Below, in pieces: positions 30,238-39,356 of a stretch of DNA of 64,000 bases (positions within the stretch are counted from its first letter, which is position 1; every line of letters begins with the position of its first letter). The stretch lies in IMG/VR virus record IMGVR_UViG_3300025015_000014, positions 32,001 to 96,000 of that record. One strand, 5' to 3'. Origin of the DNA: a virus. Made by a program: the position numbers and the translations under genes. The notes beneath the pieces are model-generated. The model saw only the letters and a list, made by a program, of their open reading frames with translations. It did not search any database and was not told where the DNA came from.

Positions 30238-31515
30238 TTACCCCTCCGGAGTAGGCTCTGTCTCACTGGGGTTTGCAGCAACAACAGGTGTATCCAAACC
30301 TGACACAAAGGCTTCCACATCTGCCAAGTCAATCTCATCCTCATCCGAGGTGAGTTTAGTGTCTGAATCAGCCGCAGTCAAAAGTTTCCCACGTACTGCT
30401 GCTAGAAGCTCCTCTCTGGCCCCGGCGGCTGCCTTGATCAGATCCTTGAACGGTTGAGTCCCCTGTGCCCGAATGGAACTGCCATCCTGACGTTCCCAGG
30501 AGTACCAGGGACCGCCCTTCTTGACCACTCCATGCAGAGAACCAATTTCAATGAGACTCCGCAAATCGTCGATACCTTCTCCATAGGTGATGAAGAAATC
30601 GGCCTCTCGACCTTGAGAAGCCGAGATCCGGCACTTGTCCAAACGCAGCCTGATTTTGTTAGCCACCGCCGTGTCAATGGTCTTGTGAGTCAGGGCGTCG
30701 TACATCTTCCCTTTCTCCATGCCAATCTTGGTGAAACGAATCATCAAGTCTGAGTTGAACTTCCAGGACTCACCACCTTGCGGGAGTGAATCCGGCCCAT
30801 ACCCGGACTTGTTGATGACCTTACGAAGCTGACTGATCCCAATGATCGTGGTACCCGTGCGAGCACAAGTACCTTTCATCTCTGCCAGGATCTTGCTCCA
30901 GAGTTGGGCCTGGAGTCCGATCCGTCCTGTCTCCCCTTTCTCATCCAATGCCTGTTCCATGATGGCCTTTGGTACCCCGGCCCCGACGGAATCCAACACA
31001 ATCAGATCAACCCCGGCCTTGGCCATGACATATAGATCGGAAAGGCCCTGTTCTAGGGTCTTGGGCTGTACCAGATAAAACAGGTTGTCATCGGAAGGAA
31101 TCCCGAGAGCCTGGGCATAGGACGGGACGATGGCATACTCCCAGTCAATGTAAACCACCTGTCCCCCAGCAGCACATACTTGGGCGGAGGTCATTAAACA
31201 GAATGTGGTCTTGCCTGACCCCTCCGTGCCGTACACATTGATGAGTCGCCCCTTAGGCAATCCCGGACACGGACTGACCCCATATTTGTTGGGTCTGCCC
31301 CCGATGGCATAGTCAATCACGAACGACCCGGTTGGGATGTGGGGCAAGGATCGGAGAGCAGCATTCTCATCCAAAGTCACCCCACCGCCTGAATCTTCAG
31401 GGAACACCTTTTTCAGCATGGCCCGACCCATCTGAAGGGCATTCTTCTTGGGAGCTACCGGGGTAGTAGCTGTTGTTGGGGGGGTGCTGGCTTTCTTACC
31501 TCTGGGCATGTTCAC
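30238..31515 (-). CDS. recA: RecA/UvsX recombinase
   Basis: IPTGS..ID, GLPKGRLINVYGTEGSGKTT, IVLDSV, ISQLR, GGESWKF, GAWY-like GPWY. Confidence 0.93.
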   Translation of the reverse strand: MNMPRGKKASTPPTTATTPVAPKKNALQMGRAMLKKVFPEDSGGGVTLDENAALRSLPHIPTGSFVIDYAIGGRPNKYGVSPCPGLPKGRLINVYGTEGSGKTTFCLMTSAQVCAAGGQVVYIDWEYAIVPSYAQALGIPSDDNLFYLVQPKTLEQGLSDLYVMAKAGVDLIVLDSVGAGVPKAIMEQALDEKGETGRIGLQAQLWSKILAEMKGTCARTGTTIIGISQLRKVINKSGYGPDSLPQGGESWKFNSDLMIRFTKIGMEKGKMYDALTHKTIDTAVANKIRLRLDKCRISASQGREADFFITYGEGIDDLRSLIEIGSLHGVVKKGGPWYSWERQDGSSIRAQGTQPFKDLIKAAAGAREELLAAVRGKLLTAADSDTKLTSDEDEIDLADVEAFVSGLDTPVVAANPSETEPTPEG

Positions 31516-31544
31516 TCCTACCTTTTTCTGTAAACGGACCCGAA

Positions 31545-32129
31545 CTAGCCCAATGCACGAAGTTGATTACTTGGTGTGCCTTGTTGGGCTGCCACAGCAA
31601 GACACAACTCAACAAACCGGTCTTGGGGATAACTGTTCTTCATTTTGTTGATGTCCTTATGGACCCACTGTATGTTGCCCGCGACATAGCCCTGAGTCGA
31701 ATCAATCCTGTCAAGGGATGCCGTCATGTTGTTTCGTTGGGCCGCCGACTCCGCAAACTGGATGGGCAACCCGGACAGGGCACAGCACCCCCCTTGTTTG
31801 ACAAACAAGTCCCAGACTTCTTCGATGGTGACCCCTACTGAAAACCCTCGGACACGAGCACCCCGACTAATGATCGTCCAGTACCTCTTGCTCAATTGTC
31901 CCCGACCCGCCCAGTGGGGACTAGCCTCTCCGGATCGCTTTCGGTAGCAACCGCATGAGGTTACCATGACTCTTCGCAGGTTATCCGCTCCCACCACTTT
32001 CTCTATCCCACAGTCACACCTGCACAGATACTTGACATGTCTTGCCACTGGCTCTGAAACACGTTGCAGAACCAGGAGTTTCCCAAAACGCTGGCCAGCC
32101 AAATCTGGGGCTTTATACCAACGCTTCAT
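31545..32129 (-). CDS. HNH-type homing endonuclease
   Basis: DLAGQRFGKLLV, CRCDCG, SCGC, SLDRIDSTQGYVAGNIQWVHKDINKMK. Confidence 0.82.
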   Translation of the reverse strand: MKRWYKAPDLAGQRFGKLLVLQRVSEPVARHVKYLCRCDCGIEKVVGADNLRRVMVTSCGCYRKRSGEASPHWAGRGQLSKRYWTIISRGARVRGFSVGVTIEEVWDLFVKQGGCCALSGLPIQFAESAAQRNNMTASLDRIDSTQGYVAGNIQWVHKDINKMKNSYPQDRFVELCLAVAAQQGTPSNQLRALG

Positions 32130-32812
32130 GAAGCCCCCAGGGACCATCGAAAGAAACGCTCGTTCTCCCGATAAAGTATGCCCCTAGCCTCTACCTCCCG
32201 GAGCCTCCGCCCTCTTGTATATGTATGGATCTCCAAAAACTGCTTACTCTCTAATGGAGTGAGATCCGACTCGCTAATGGCCCCATCCTGAAGCAACCAG
32301 AAGCGTGCTGCCGTGCGGGCTATCCAATAAGCATCGGCTTCGTCATGTCGCCACGAAGTATCCCTCAAGACCCGACCGACAAAACTCTCGTGGGCCGTCG
32401 AGTCTTGAAGGTCAAAACAAGCCGCCTCAATCATGTCAGGCTTCATCATCTTCCATCCCCGGGGCCGTCCCAATACCTCTCGGGCTTGAGCCTTGCCCTG
32501 CCCCGGAGAAAAAAAGACCACATCGCATTTCTGAGTGCGTAAAGCCTCACAGGTATAGAGAAATAGGCCATAAAGTCCAGGGCTGTATGTGGCATTGAAC
32601 ACAGGATATTCTACCCCAACCCAATGGATTGTGTGCTCTTCTAAAAGAGCACACAATCTGGTTCGTAGATCCACATAACGGTCGATGAACAAGGTGCGAG
32701 AGGAAGTCTGAAACCTTCCCCTATGGGGACACTTTTTCCGTCCAACTTCGGCTGAGTCATGCACAGCCCAGCCAAAGTTGGACAAACTCGGGTCCAGCCC
32801 CAAGACGATCAT
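32126..32812 (-). CDS. ruvC: RuvC-like Holliday junction resolvase
   Basis: MIVLGLDPSLSNFGWAV, VGVE, HDEADAYWIA. Confidence 0.85.
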   Translation of the reverse strand: MIVLGLDPSLSNFGWAVHDSAEVGRKKCPHRGRFQTSSRTLFIDRYVDLRTRLCALLEEHTIHWVGVEYPVFNATYSPGLYGLFLYTCEALRTQKCDVVFFSPGQGKAQAREVLGRPRGWKMMKPDMIEAACFDLQDSTAHESFVGRVLRDTSWRHDEADAYWIARTAARFWLLQDGAISESDLTPLESKQFLEIHTYTRGRRLREVEARGILYRENERFFRWSLGAS

Positions 32813-32854
32813 CAAAGACCTCACTGGTCGAAGCCGAGGCATGGACTGGACATG

Positions 32855-33613
32855 CTAGCTGTCCAGCAGGTTCTCCATCACGTCGTCAACATCACCTGTC
32901 GATGCGTCGGGGGTTCCGGTCATAGGCTTTCCGGTCGCACCGCCGGTACCCGCATGAACGAGCTTGTCCCGAACTTCGGCTGCGGTCATAACCCGGCAAA
33001 CCTCACCGGACAGAGAGGGCAGCAAGACCCGTGCGTCATTGATGAGGCGGGTGGCCAAAGCCTTAGCTGCATCCTTTGACGAAGCCAAAAGGGCTACCAG
33101 AAGATTGTCCTGGCAAGGGCTGAACGTGACCTTCTGGAACTGCACGTCAGTGCAAGTTGCGGTTACGTCATGCTTGCCAAGGGGGAAATTCCGGTGGTTC
33201 TGACGAAGTGCCCTGTACTTGTCCCCGGCCACGATCAGAATCATGACCTCAGCCTTCTTCAGGGACTCCTTGAGAGGGTTGCCGTCCTTATCAGTCGGCC
33301 AGACCGCAACAATAGTTGCAGCCCGCTGCTGCGGGGGCTTCCCGGCCATCTGAATGATCTCCGGCTGAGAGCCGTCGGCCTTCAGGAACCCGACACCCTT
33401 GATGTAGACCGTGGGGGCCGAAACCATCTTGGGCGGCTTGGTGAAATCCAGGGTGGGCATATCCCCATCCCCCTCCAGACCGGGGAAATAGAGAAACGAG
33501 AACCGGTCGGTCTTCCCCTTCTCTCCCTGCCACCGCTTGCCCCGCTGGTCGAGGTGGCTGTCTTCGCCGCCGAGATCAAAGGTCGTGTACTCGTTCTGGT
33601 GCGTCACTGACAT
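32855..33613 (-). CDS. Putative single-stranded DNA-binding protein
   Basis: Lies in the recA/ruvC block; beta-rich core and acidic C-terminal tail DVDDVMENLLDS. Confidence 0.55.
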   Translation of the reverse strand: MSVTHQNEYTTFDLGGEDSHLDQRGKRWQGEKGKTDRFSFLYFPGLEGDGDMPTLDFTKPPKMVSAPTVYIKGVGFLKADGSQPEIIQMAGKPPQQRAATIVAVWPTDKDGNPLKESLKKAEVMILIVAGDKYRALRQNHRNFPLGKHDVTATCTDVQFQKVTFSPCQDNLLVALLASSKDAAKALATRLINDARVLLPSLSGEVCRVMTAAEVRDKLVHAGTGGATGKPMTGTPDASTGDVDDVMENLLDS

Positions 33614-33696
33614 TTCCTTTTCCTCCTGTTGTTGTCAACGAGACAGGGTCAATGCAGACGGGTCTCGTTCGTCCACAGTCTCTCTACCCGATTCAA

Positions 33697-34632
33697 TCAC
33701 TTCTTCTCGAACGTAGATAGGATGTCCTCCAAAACCCGATCATCCAGATCCGGATGGCCGCTCAGTGTTTCCGGCACAGTTGCCCCTGTCACACCGTCTT
33801 CCAAGAAAGAATCCAGATCTTGTGTGCTCACCCCAGATCCGGGCAGCATGACAGCCACTGAGTCTGTCACAGGGGGTAAGAGAGATGCGGGTTCTGGCTC
33901 GGGTTCTGGCTCGGCTGTTTTGGTACCCTCAACACTTTCGGCATCCTCCTCCGGGTCCAGGGGGTCTGTCCAGGTACCCGTTTGACGTGCCAGTTGAACC
34001 TCACCCTCGATTTGATCCAGGGTGTCCACCAGGGCTTTATCCTCTGGGGAGATGGGCTTGGCTTGAGCCAGATTGTTACCCCCTCCTGGTACCTGAGAAC
34101 CCCATCGGCTCCCCAGACCGATCTCCTCCACACAAAGCCGAACCTGATCCCTCAACCGTCCCTGGCCATCCCGAAGGTCGGCTCGTTTGGCTTTGACCAC
34201 GGTCAGAACCGAGTCTAGATCTTCGACTACGTTTTCCAAACGGGCTTCCTCTTGCACTTCCTTCCGGAGCTTGCCAGTGGCCACAGCCTCACGGTCAGAA
34301 ATACTACGCCCCGACCGAGTTTCGGGGTCGTTGGCATACAGATGCTTCTTGGCCAGATCCAGATCCGTCCGGGTCATCCGAAATGCCCGTCGAGCCATGT
34401 GCAACCGTCGTGAAACCTCCAGGAAGATCTGTTCACAACGGTCCAACATTCTCCGAGATTCAGCAATCTTCCCATTCAGTCTTTTGGGACCGAACCGAAC
34501 GGGGTCATCATCCAGAATGACTTGGAGTCCGGCCAACTCCTGATACAGATTCTCAGCTTCATCCACGGTAAAAGTCACCGTAGAGGTTGAGGGCAGAGCC
34601 GGGTCAGGGGGGTTTGTGACTTGGTCAGGCAT
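33697..34632 (-). CDS. Coiled-coil protein, possibly a UvsY-like recombination mediator
   Basis: Helical region with SISDREAVA and an acidic tail; neighbourhood inference. Confidence 0.4.
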   Translation of the reverse strand: MPDQVTNPPDPALPSTSTVTFTVDEAENLYQELAGLQVILDDDPVRFGPKRLNGKIAESRRMLDRCEQIFLEVSRRLHMARRAFRMTRTDLDLAKKHLYANDPETRSGRSISDREAVATGKLRKEVQEEARLENVVEDLDSVLTVVKAKRADLRDGQGRLRDQVRLCVEEIGLGSRWGSQVPGGGNNLAQAKPISPEDKALVDTLDQIEGEVQLARQTGTWTDPLDPEEDAESVEGTKTAEPEPEPEPASLLPPVTDSVAVMLPGSGVSTQDLDSFLEDGVTGATVPETLSGHPDLDDRVLEDILSTFEKK

Positions 34633-34634
34633 CG

Positions 34635-35099
34635 TTACTCCGCAGACCCCTCAGTGGTACCCGGACCGGAACCACCCTTGCAGGTACCTTCTCGCAAACA
34701 TGCGGCAGCAACCAGATGACTAAAATTGTGCCGGATGGCCTTCTGAGCTTGGTCCCGCTGTTCCGGGGAGATGTTGGATCCTGCCATAGCATGATCATGG
34801 GCCAGAAGGTCGGCTTCCAAAGCCAGAAGATGTGCCGCAATCCGGGCTTCGTCCAAAGAAAGCCCATTCTGGGCCAAATTCTCATCCCCATCCTGAGCCG
34901 AGTTCAGATCCGCAGCCCCACCAGCATCATCCTGGGTGGTGTTCCAGGCGGCAGCAAAAGCAGCCGACAGCCCGATGTAGTGATCCCCTGCTTTCCCCTT
35001 CACAGACCGCGTACACACGATCTTAGTCACCCGTAGCCCCCTCCGGAGCTTGGAAACCACCTCTTTGATCTTCTGCTTATCCTGATCGGTCATGTTCAT
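34635..35099 (-). CDS. Hypothetical protein
   Basis: Packed ORF with the GAATCGGGTAGA motif upstream. Confidence 0.6.
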   Translation of the reverse strand: MNMTDQDKQKIKEVVSKLRRGLRVTKIVCTRSVKGKAGDHYIGLSAAFAAAWNTTQDDAGGAADLNSAQDGDENLAQNGLSLDEARIAAHLLALEADLLAHDHAMAGSNISPEQRDQAQKAIRHNFSHLVAAACLREGTCKGGSGPGTTEGSAE

Positions 35100-38000
35100 G
35101 TCGTTCTCCCAGCCGTCCGGCGGACTGACTCTGGTTCATCTACCCGATTCGGGGGGGCTTTCAGGAACTTTTGCAACCGAGCAGGAAACAGGGTGTTCCG
35201 AAGATCCTCCTTGTCATTGGCCACCGCAGCAGCCAAAGCCTCAGCACTTCCCACCAGGATCACTTTCCGTTTGGCTCGGGTGATTGCAGTGTAGAGCAGA
35301 TTCCGTTGAAGCTGGTGCTTGAATCCAAGCACCAAAGGCATCACGATCACGTCGTACTCTAGCCCCTGGCTGTTATGATTCACAAAACCCCCGCCCACAA
35401 AGGCATGGTTATCGTCTTCCACATACAGGTCGAATACCTGAGCCTCCCCCTCTTCACATTTCGAGACAACATCAAAGATCAAACCCGAGGAGACTACCTC
35501 GGACAGACCAGGATGCACTGAACCGAGATCAAGCACATCAGAAGACAACACGTTCAGGTGACTGTCACGAAGAGGATTCACCCCACGGATCGCGGCAGAC
35601 AAAATCGGCCCAATGGTTCCTGCCTCCGGATAATTACGACCGCCACGCTTCCGCAGGGCATCTCTCAATTCCACCGCCCACTTCCGAGAACAAGGAAGTG
35701 CTAACACATTACTTTTGCTCCTGGTTAAACGGCACACCCGTTGCTGAAGTGCCTCCTGCTTGCGGGCCACCGAGAAACCAATCCTCTCCTGAAAAAGGAG
35801 GGCATCCCGACCCCCTGTAATCTGGATGCGATAAGCTGCCGCCCACCCTTTTTCGGGGACAGCCCCTCGAAGCAGGACCAGACTAGAAAGGATCCCAACC
35901 CCTAGCAACATTTGCTGTACTTCATAAGCCAGCTTCCGGCTAGTTGTGGTCAAATGAATCAGACGACTGACCCCCCCATCCGTGTCGAACAAGCCTCTTA
36001 AGAAAGCACACTGAATCTCCACAGGACTCCGCAAAATCACATGGGGGGTCTCCTTCTGCGGTGCCTTGTGGTAACTTAGCCCGCACCATGCCAAGAACTC
36101 TCGGATCGCCCGACTATGAACGTACACCGAAACACGACGCACGGTAGCGGGCAACTCAAACAAAGACTCCCACACGGAAGCCACCCTCACCTTGAAGTCT
36201 TGGTCCCTCTGCGCCACGTCTATCCGACCATCCACAAGGTCCGTCTGATTGCCGTCACCCACCAGTACCCCAAGCAGCCAAGCCATATCCTTGCAAACCA
36301 CATCCGGGATAACGCCCTTCCTATTACGCCCCCAGTTTGGCACAAAGCCCGTTGTCGAAAACAAGTCGGCATTATTCCCCAAGCCCCTCCTCAGAACAAC
36401 AGCATCCCCTAACACAACATCAGGAAGGAGCTTCCAAATATACTGGCCCTCTTGAGTCAGGATCAAAACGGGATGCCTATAGCTACCCTCCAGTGCAAAA
36501 CCCATCCGAGTTTCAATTCGGATAGTGGGTTCCACCCCGCCAACAAACACCTGCTTCGTATGTGTCCATCCGCACCTACCTGCCACCTGGTGTCTAGCCG
36601 GATATAGCATCCCGCCTGTACGCCCAGGGTCCCCCGTTGCAAGATCCCTAATTGGAATCAACCCCTGTCCCGTGTGAACCAGGGTGTCTCCTTTCACACA
36701 CTTATGAACAGTACAGGCATAGGCCAACCGGATAAGTCGGGGCACCTCCCGGAAGGGTACCTGAATGACTAACGGGGGGTCTCCGAAGATCTTTAATTCG
36801 ACCCGCTTATCCCGAACATTGATGCGGGACACCTTGCCCACATCCCCGTTGAAGACCCCATACTTGTAGTTGTTCCGGATGATCATGATCCGGTCATTCT
36901 CCCGAATCAGATCTTCCCCCAACCGGATCTCCCCAGCCCCACTACCAGGATTCAAGAGTGCTCGCAGCCGGGCATTGAGGTTTGTCACCCCCACGGTTCC
37001 GGCATGGCGAGGGGAAAGAACCTGGAAAGTGATCGGGGTTGAACCTTTGTGGCGACTCTCGTACAGCTTGGACACGAGTTCCAGAATCCTATCCAGAGCG
37101 GTTTCGTCGCGGGCCACCCGGATAAGACCGAAGTCTGACTTCAGATCGGTCTTGGGTATTTGTCCTCGATAGATGTCATGGGCAGCGAACACGATGTCCG
37201 AAGTGTCCTTCTGCCGGAAGATCTCAGTTAGGTTCACAACAGGGAACACCCCCGACCGAATCATGTCCCGCAAGACGTTGCCCGGCCCCACAGATGGGAG
37301 TTGGGCTGCATCTCCCACCAAGACCAACCGGCACTGAGGAGATGTGCTGTAGAGCAGACGATACAGAAGATGTTGGTCCACCATGGAGGCTTCATCTACC
37401 ACGACCACTTCGGCAGGATGCGGATGCTCAGCACTGTAGCCCCAGAATTCATCCCCCTCGAAATCCACCGTGAGTCCTTCGGGGTCACTGCCTACAATGC
37501 CTGTGTATGTTGAATCACGAGAATCTTCAGAGGATCCCTGAGCCGCTAATGCCCGATGAATGGTTGAAGCAACGGCCCCGGTACGGGCTGAAAGGTTCTT
37601 GGCTGCAATCCCCGTGGGGGCGCAGAGCAGGAACTTGACCCCGGCCTCCTGGAAAATACGAACGGCTGCCTGAAGGGACGTTGTTTTTCCGGTACCCGGT
37701 AAACCGGTCAGAACTGAGACTGGCTCCCCAAGAGCATTAGCAATCCCCTGTTTCTGATCATCTGAGAGACTCAAATGGGCACTGGCCCCCCATTCATCAA
37801 GAGCAGTCTCAATCACGGTCAACAGTTTGACCCTGGCCTTTTTGGCCACCTCGGCTGTTCTGGGTCCAACTGAAGCCAATCGCTCGATGTAGGGCTTGGC
37901 CGGGTTCTTCTTACTGTACCGGGCTTCCACCAGTCGTTGCATCAAAAGGTTGGCAGACTCTTGCTCTATTTTCAATGCCTTCGGGAGATAGATGGCCCGC

Positions 38001-38824
38001 ACACCGGGAACAGTTTCCCGGTCCACTACGAGTTTCCCAGCCTTGTGCAACTCGGCGAGGGCGGCCCCAGTGGCCAGAGCCGAAACATCCCCGAGTAGTT
38101 TCTGAAGCATCCCGTGAATCTCACCCGACTTGGCATAGAGATGCCCCGAGGCCAGAATCCCTTGCAAGATATCCTGCACAGCCCCTTGAATCCGCCCCTC
38201 ATGTTGGAGAGAGAGGCCAAGACGTACAGCCACAGCGTCAGCAGCCTGGAATGAGATTCCAGGTACAGCCACCAAAGCCCACGGATTCTGACTCAGGATG
38301 GTCTCGGCACGATCCCCGAAAATGCTCCAGATCAACCGGATCTTGGCAGGAGGCAACCCGAGATCCCCTAGAAAAACCACCGAGCGGAAATAGGTTTGAA
38401 TGACCTGCCACTTCTGATGCAGATAGCTGGCCGAGAAACCGTCCAAGACAGGAATCTGTGCCAGTTTGTCCGGGTCAGCCAAAGTAGCCAGGAAGTTCTC
38501 ATCTCCGGTGGCCGCCCGGATCCCATCTACCAGGAAAGACCCGACACCATGAGCAACCAGGAGATTGGCCACGGTTTCCGGACCCCACCCATCCTTGAAC
38601 ACAGGGGCTTTGCTGATCTGTATCTGCGAACCATACTTGAAATGAGTGGCCCAGTCCCCCTCGAAACCTAACCAGGAACCAATCTTCACGGGGTAGCCCG
38701 GAACATAACCCCGAATCGTTACAGGCTCTTCAAGAACCGAACCATCCAGACGAACCTTCAAGATGTAGAAAGACTCATCGGGGTTATCGAACACGACGTT
38801 GATGACATGGCCAGAGAAATACAC
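35096..38824 (-). CDS. recD2: RecD2-like SF1 helicase containing an intein
   Basis: N-terminal OB/HhH region, GLPGTGKTT, VVVDEASMVD, VGDAAQLPSVG, AYACTVHK/SQGLEY, LLYTAITRAK. Confidence 0.93.
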   Translation of the reverse strand: MYFSGHVINVVFDNPDESFYILKVRLDGSVLEEPVTIRGYVPGYPVKIGSWLGFEGDWATHFKYGSQIQISKAPVFKDGWGPETVANLLVAHGVGSFLVDGIRAATGDENFLATLADPDKLAQIPVLDGFSASYLHQKWQVIQTYFRSVVFLGDLGLPPAKIRLIWSIFGDRAETILSQNPWALVAVPGISFQAADAVAVRLGLSLQHEGRIQGAVQDILQGILASGHLYAKSGEIHGMLQKLLGDVSALATGAALAELHKAGKLVVDRETVPGVRAIYLPKALKIEQESANLLMQRLVEARYSKKNPAKPYIERLASVGPRTAEVAKKARVKLLTVIETALDEWGASAHLSLSDDQKQGIANALGEPVSVLTGLPGTGKTTSLQAAVRIFQEAGVKFLLCAPTGIAAKNLSARTGAVASTIHRALAAQGSSEDSRDSTYTGIVGSDPEGLTVDFEGDEFWGYSAEHPHPAEVVVVDEASMVDQHLLYRLLYSTSPQCRLVLVGDAAQLPSVGPGNVLRDMIRSGVFPVVNLTEIFRQKDTSDIVFAAHDIYRGQIPKTDLKSDFGLIRVARDETALDRILELVSKLYESRHKGSTPITFQVLSPRHAGTVGVTNLNARLRALLNPGSGAGEIRLGEDLIRENDRIMIIRNNYKYGVFNGDVGKVSRINVRDKRVELKIFGDPPLVIQVPFREVPRLIRLAYACTVHKCVKGDTLVHTGQGLIPIRDLATGDPGRTGGMLYPARHQVAGRCGWTHTKQVFVGGVEPTIRIETRMGFALEGSYRHPVLILTQEGQYIWKLLPDVVLGDAVVLRRGLGNNADLFSTTGFVPNWGRNRKGVIPDVVCKDMAWLLGVLVGDGNQTDLVDGRIDVAQRDQDFKVRVASVWESLFELPATVRRVSVYVHSRAIREFLAWCGLSYHKAPQKETPHVILRSPVEIQCAFLRGLFDTDGGVSRLIHLTTTSRKLAYEVQQMLLGVGILSSLVLLRGAVPEKGWAAAYRIQITGGRDALLFQERIGFSVARKQEALQQRVCRLTRSKSNVLALPCSRKWAVELRDALRKRGGRNYPEAGTIGPILSAAIRGVNPLRDSHLNVLSSDVLDLGSVHPGLSEVVSSGLIFDVVSKCEEGEAQVFDLYVEDDNHAFVGGGFVNHNSQGLEYDVIVMPLVLGFKHQLQRNLLYTAITRAKRKVILVGSAEALAAAVANDKEDLRNTLFPARLQKFLKAPPNRVDEPESVRRTAGRTT
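35372..36700 (-). mobile_element. Intein with LAGLIDADG homing endonuclease in RecD2 (443 aa)
   Basis: TVHK|CVKGDTLV...FVNHN|SQG; AWLLGVLVGDG and AFLRGLFDTDG blocks. Confidence 0.92.
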
Positions 38825-38825
38825 G

Positions 38826-39335
38826 TCAGTCCTCAGACTTCAGGAACCCTCGGAGGTTGGCAATGCAACGCTTCAGATCCTCTACCTGATCCCCCAACTC
38901 CAGAAGTCGAGAGAGATCAGGATCTGTAGAACCCCCCACGGGAGGTTCCATGTCTGAGACCAAAACCATTCGAGCCGCATGACCAATCAACGAGGTCATT
39001 GACAGGGTTTCAGTCTTTTCAGCCGCCTGAACCTGCCACCCCTCTGGTACCCGAGTCAAGACCCCAATCCCAGAGAAACAAAACAGGTAGGCTGGATTCA
39101 AATGGTGACCTGCGGGACAGTCAGCAGGTTGCCATCGGCAACAACCACCACCCCAACGGGTGTGCTCAATGGGGGTCGGCGGCTGATGGTGCGCTACCAG
39201 GCGAACCCGTTGCCCCTCAAAAGGAGCCAGCATCTCGACCAAGTTACTTGGGGAACCGGAAACCCCCTGAACACAAACCTGGCCACTGGCCTGATAAAAC
39301 AGACCCTCTAGTAAGATTGAACGAAAGGGGTCCAT
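38826..39335 (-). CDS. Hypothetical protein
   Basis: Packed ORF with WGGGCC...CPAGH. Confidence 0.6.
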   Translation of the reverse strand: MDPFRSILLEGLFYQASGQVCVQGVSGSPSNLVEMLAPFEGQRVRLVAHHQPPTPIEHTRWGGGCCRWQPADCPAGHHLNPAYLFCFSGIGVLTRVPEGWQVQAAEKTETLSMTSLIGHAARMVLVSDMEPPVGGSTDPDLSRLLELGDQVEDLKRCIANLRGFLKSED

Positions 39336-39356
39336 GTCTCTCCAACACCCTCTGTA

